Assembly (NCBI GenBank): GCA_964199315.1 | Contig: OZ116702.1 | Coordinates: 1,240,001 to 1,304,000 of the forward strand | Direction of reading: 5' to 3' | DNA: 64,000 nucleotides | Source of the DNA: Orbicella franksi | Taxonomy: Eukaryota | In this document: one piece after another, positions 61,301 to 64,000 of the stretch | Position numbering within the stretch: the stretch's first letter is position 1 | Layout of the letters: each line of letters opens with the position of its first letter | Notes under the pieces: generated by a model | Seen by the model: the letters and a program-made list of their open reading frames with translations, nothing else | Told to the model about the DNA's origin: nothing | Databases searched by the model: none | Made by a program: the position numbers and the translations under genes

Positions 61301-61919
61301 CTATTTTGGAGAGGAATGGAAAGACAGAGTTCCCATGTCTGATGCTACAAAAGCCTACGTTGACAGAATCCATGAAGTTGCTGGCAAAGATCCTGCTCTG
61401 CTGATAGCTCATCACTACACCAGGTACCTGGGCGATTTGTCTGGAGGACAAATCCTGCGCAAAATGGCAATGAAAGCAATGGATCTTCCAAGCACAGGTG
61501 AAGGGGTACAGTTTTATGTCTTTGAAAACATCTCTGACGCAAAGAAGTTCAAGAACATGTATCGATCACGCCTTGATGAACTGAACATCGATAAAGACAA
61601 ATCAGATGAGATTGTTAAAGAAGCAAATTATGTTTTCATGCTGAACATATACTTATTTCAAGAGATAGATGCCTTGGCTGGATTTGTGGACGAGGAACCA
61701 AAGAAGAAAAAGCTGACTGTTGAAGAGATTTACAGCAATGTCGACACCAGTAAAGAATCTGCTGGGGTGTGTCCTTTTGCCACTATGGCTAAGAAGCCTG
61801 CACAAGTAAACACAGCAACTCCAAGTGGTGAAGTAAGAAGCATCAGTCCAGTGCTTTTGGCCATAATTATTGCAGTTGCAGCTATTGTGATAGGGCTGCT
61901 TTTTACCAAAATGAGGTAA
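58368..61919 (+). CDS. HMOX: Heme oxygenase with an N-terminal triple Cys-Pro repeat extension and a C-terminal TM anchor (exons 58368-59755 and 61193-61919; about 704 aa)
   Basis: HO domain: LSKQLKKGTKKVHREAEN (proximal His), LYFVY|RALEEE, FP-KELGRL, AHHYTRYLGDLSGGQIL (HO signature with the distal Asp), F..MYRSRLD; HO-2-like CPF motif (AGVCPFA) and hydrophobic tail VLLAIIIAVAAIVIGLLF. Donor AG|gtaag at 59755, acceptor ccctcag|G at 61193; 2115 nt, in frame. The ATG has a catcATGG context just after a 5'UTR acceptor (catttag). Confidence 0.95.
60560..60981. mobile_element. Nested MITEs in the HMOX intron: outer TAGAGCAGTTTTCA-TIR element containing inner TA|GCCTGCGTAGCAGGC element (60607-60770)
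   Basis: TAGAGCAGTTTTCA at 60560 and TGAAAACTGCTCTA ending at 60981; inner TIRs GCCTGCGTAGCAGGC.TATAAAGGGGAGG and CCTCCCCTTTATACGCCTGCTATGCAGGC, each flanked by TA. Confidence 0.75.
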
Positions 61920-63069
61920 ACTAGAATGTCCTTTTATGTTACATTAAGAGCAGTTAATCTAGCATTAACATAGGAACATACTGTATGGTTTCCTTTAATT
62001 AAAATTTGTTACTCTGTAGTTGGTAAACATGGGAAAAACTTTAAGTTACTAAGGCTAAAACTGAATTGTTAAATTATAACTTTCAAAGTCTTGATTATTA
62101 CTTTTTTGGATTGTTGCCAGAAAATCACAATTATACTCTTGGGGTGTCTGAATTCAGAGTCTTGAAAGCTCAAAAATAGCTTGAGTTAAAACTTTTATGC
62201 AGTGAGTAAAAGGGCTCTTGAAGAAAAAGGAAGTATCTGGGAAGACTCAGAATTATCCAGACAGACCCTAGCTCAAAAATGCCATTAATAACTGTTGCAA
62301 AGTAAAATTTTGGAACAGTTTTTAGATCGCAGTGTGAAAATGCTGTGATGCAGATAAAAATGAGTCAAAGTTTGATTTTTTATCGAGCAGAGAAATTGAA
62401 TCGTGATTTTGAATCCATTGTAAACAGTCAATAATCCTTGGTGAGACACAGTACATGTCCAGGGGTTCAATTAGGGTTTTCAGCAAGAGGGCAACTGATT
62501 TTCACAGGTGGGCAAAACTATTTGAACTGAACTTTTTTGTAGGACAAGCTTTCTTCTAGATGGTCAAACCAGCTAGGCAAAATTGCCCTTATTGCCAGTC
62601 AATTGGCCAGGTGCCCGGCCCTTGATGAAACCCCTACATGTTTATTAGTTAACTAAAGGTATCCCAATAAGGAATTCAAAAGATCAGTAGATATGAGCGA
62701 CAGGTGTTATGTCAGGTGTGTAGATAAACATAGTTCTTGTCAGGATTTTAACCTAAGATGCCTCTGTTATCTGAAACTCCGCACTAGGCTTAAAAGGTTA
62801 AATTTCTCAATGGGGAAAACAAAAAGAAACAGTATATTACTTTTTTCTGTAAAAGATTATAACTTCTCTAATGTTCACGTTGTCTATTTACGCCTGCAAA
62901 ACCTGAAGGGCAGCATACCCCAGTGGCCTCTTCATGCATTGTGGGCCTGTGGTCTATTAAACATATGATTTGTCTTAATTGTCCACTCCTCAATGGGATT
63001 TTTCAAGGGCCATCTTAACTATTTTTTGAAACAAATATCATAAAAAAGCAACATAGTTCAAGATACCAA

Positions 63070-63235
63070 CTGTTAGGAGGCAGACCAGTTGGCTAAATAC
63101 AAAGCTTGATTAAGGAGTTGAACCCAAAATTACAGCAAAAAAAATTCAGATAGTGGCTAGGGGAGAGGGAAGGCTTAAACCTGGGACCCCCCAGATTACA
63201 ACATAAGTGCCCTTAAAGTTAAACCATTCTGGCAT
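63070..63235 (-). mobile_element. Degenerate tRNA-derived SINE-like copy
   Basis: GGAGGCAGACCAGTTGGCTA..TACAAAGC..GGAGTTGAAC..GGCTTAAACCTGGGACC resembles a SINE abundant in coral genomes as I remember it; the reverse strand has a B-box-like GTTTAAGCC. Not verified against a library. Confidence 0.4.
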
Positions 63236-63791
63236 CACAGTGATGATTACTAAACTTAGATCTGCATTGGGTTATTAAGTGTAAATAACATGAATTACAC
63301 ATGTAACTAGTCACTAACTACATGAAGCTGTTGAGTTGCCAAATTCTCAGAACCAAAATTAAAATAATGTATGGTACTAATCAATGAGGAGAAGTGAAAA
63401 AATGTTGTATTGAAAGGGGTGCCTGTGAACAGAATTGCAGTTAATCAAGAGGTAAACCCATCAACAGAGATGATCTTCAGCATAGAGTTTTAGGTCACCT
63501 GTGGGAATGAGTATGGAGTCGCATTCAGTTTGGTTAATGGCTGGGCTTAATTAACTGTCCAACTTGCCTTTACAAGAGATATTTTAATGAAATTGTTGAC
63601 TGTAGATTTGAGTTCTAAGTGTTATTACAATTCTCATAATCAGGAAAATATAGCTAATTTGTTGTGATTAGGACATCGACATTATAGGTAAGCATATAGA
63701 AGTATGTGATTTAAGCTCATTATTAGAGTACTTGTACCTAAGAGTATAAGAAGGGCCTCCAAGCTCTGTCAGTCCGTCTCCCCTTTTTGGG

Positions 63792-63832
<41 letters not shown>

Positions 63833-64000
63833 CAAGAATAATGTTAATACATGCCCATGGTGGGCCTAGAAATGCCCACGGGACCACAAATGCCTGACCC
63901 AACTGCAAGGTACAGGGTAAAATTTATACACTGAAGTACATTTAAGGAAATGCCTGGGGAGGGGATGATGGGGCTTGGAATAGATAGAGCCATAAATTGC

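Noticed and set aside
26809-61919. Idea that the MFS cluster exports heme or biliverdin for the neighbouring heme oxygenase
   Set aside because: The transporters are MFSD6-like, not FLVCR-like, and adjacency in an animal genome does not imply a pathway; there is no sequence support.
63796-63832. Long poly-T tracts here and at about 697-722
   Set aside because: Could be retroelement tails, but I could not identify a TSD or element body.

Overview
Eukaryotic (animal) genomic DNA with spliceosomal introns. The AT-rich, MITE-dense intergenic sequence resembles stony-coral/anthozoan genomes, but the taxon is an inference from remembered repeat families and is not proven. Seven protein-coding genes can be reconstructed by hand: a 35-exon syndetin/VPS50 gene (minus, 204-22386); a tandem cluster of four MFSD6-like major-facilitator transporters (26809-46677; orientations +,-,+,+) that share one phase-1 intron and carry a highly length-variable loop between TM3 and TM4; asparagine synthetase (minus, 50378-52351); and a 704-aa heme oxygenase (plus, 58368-61919). 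The strongest novelty candidate is the heme oxygenase. Its catalytic domain is preceded by about 380 aa made of three tandem ~130-aa repeats holding 17 Cys-Pro dipeptides in paired CPxFxxGCP(F/Y) motifs, which looks like a heme-regulatory-motif array fused to a membrane-anchored HO. Other points of interest: a 593-aa glycosylation-rich ectoloop in one MFSD6 paralog, a GC-AG intron, a 300-bp in-frame stop-free intron in ASNS, a TAA-flanked TIR element carrying an orphan 320-aa ORF, and several unrelated repeat families with the same 'CTGATTGG box plus long terminal palindrome' design. All coordinates were read by eye and may be off by a few bases for repeats.
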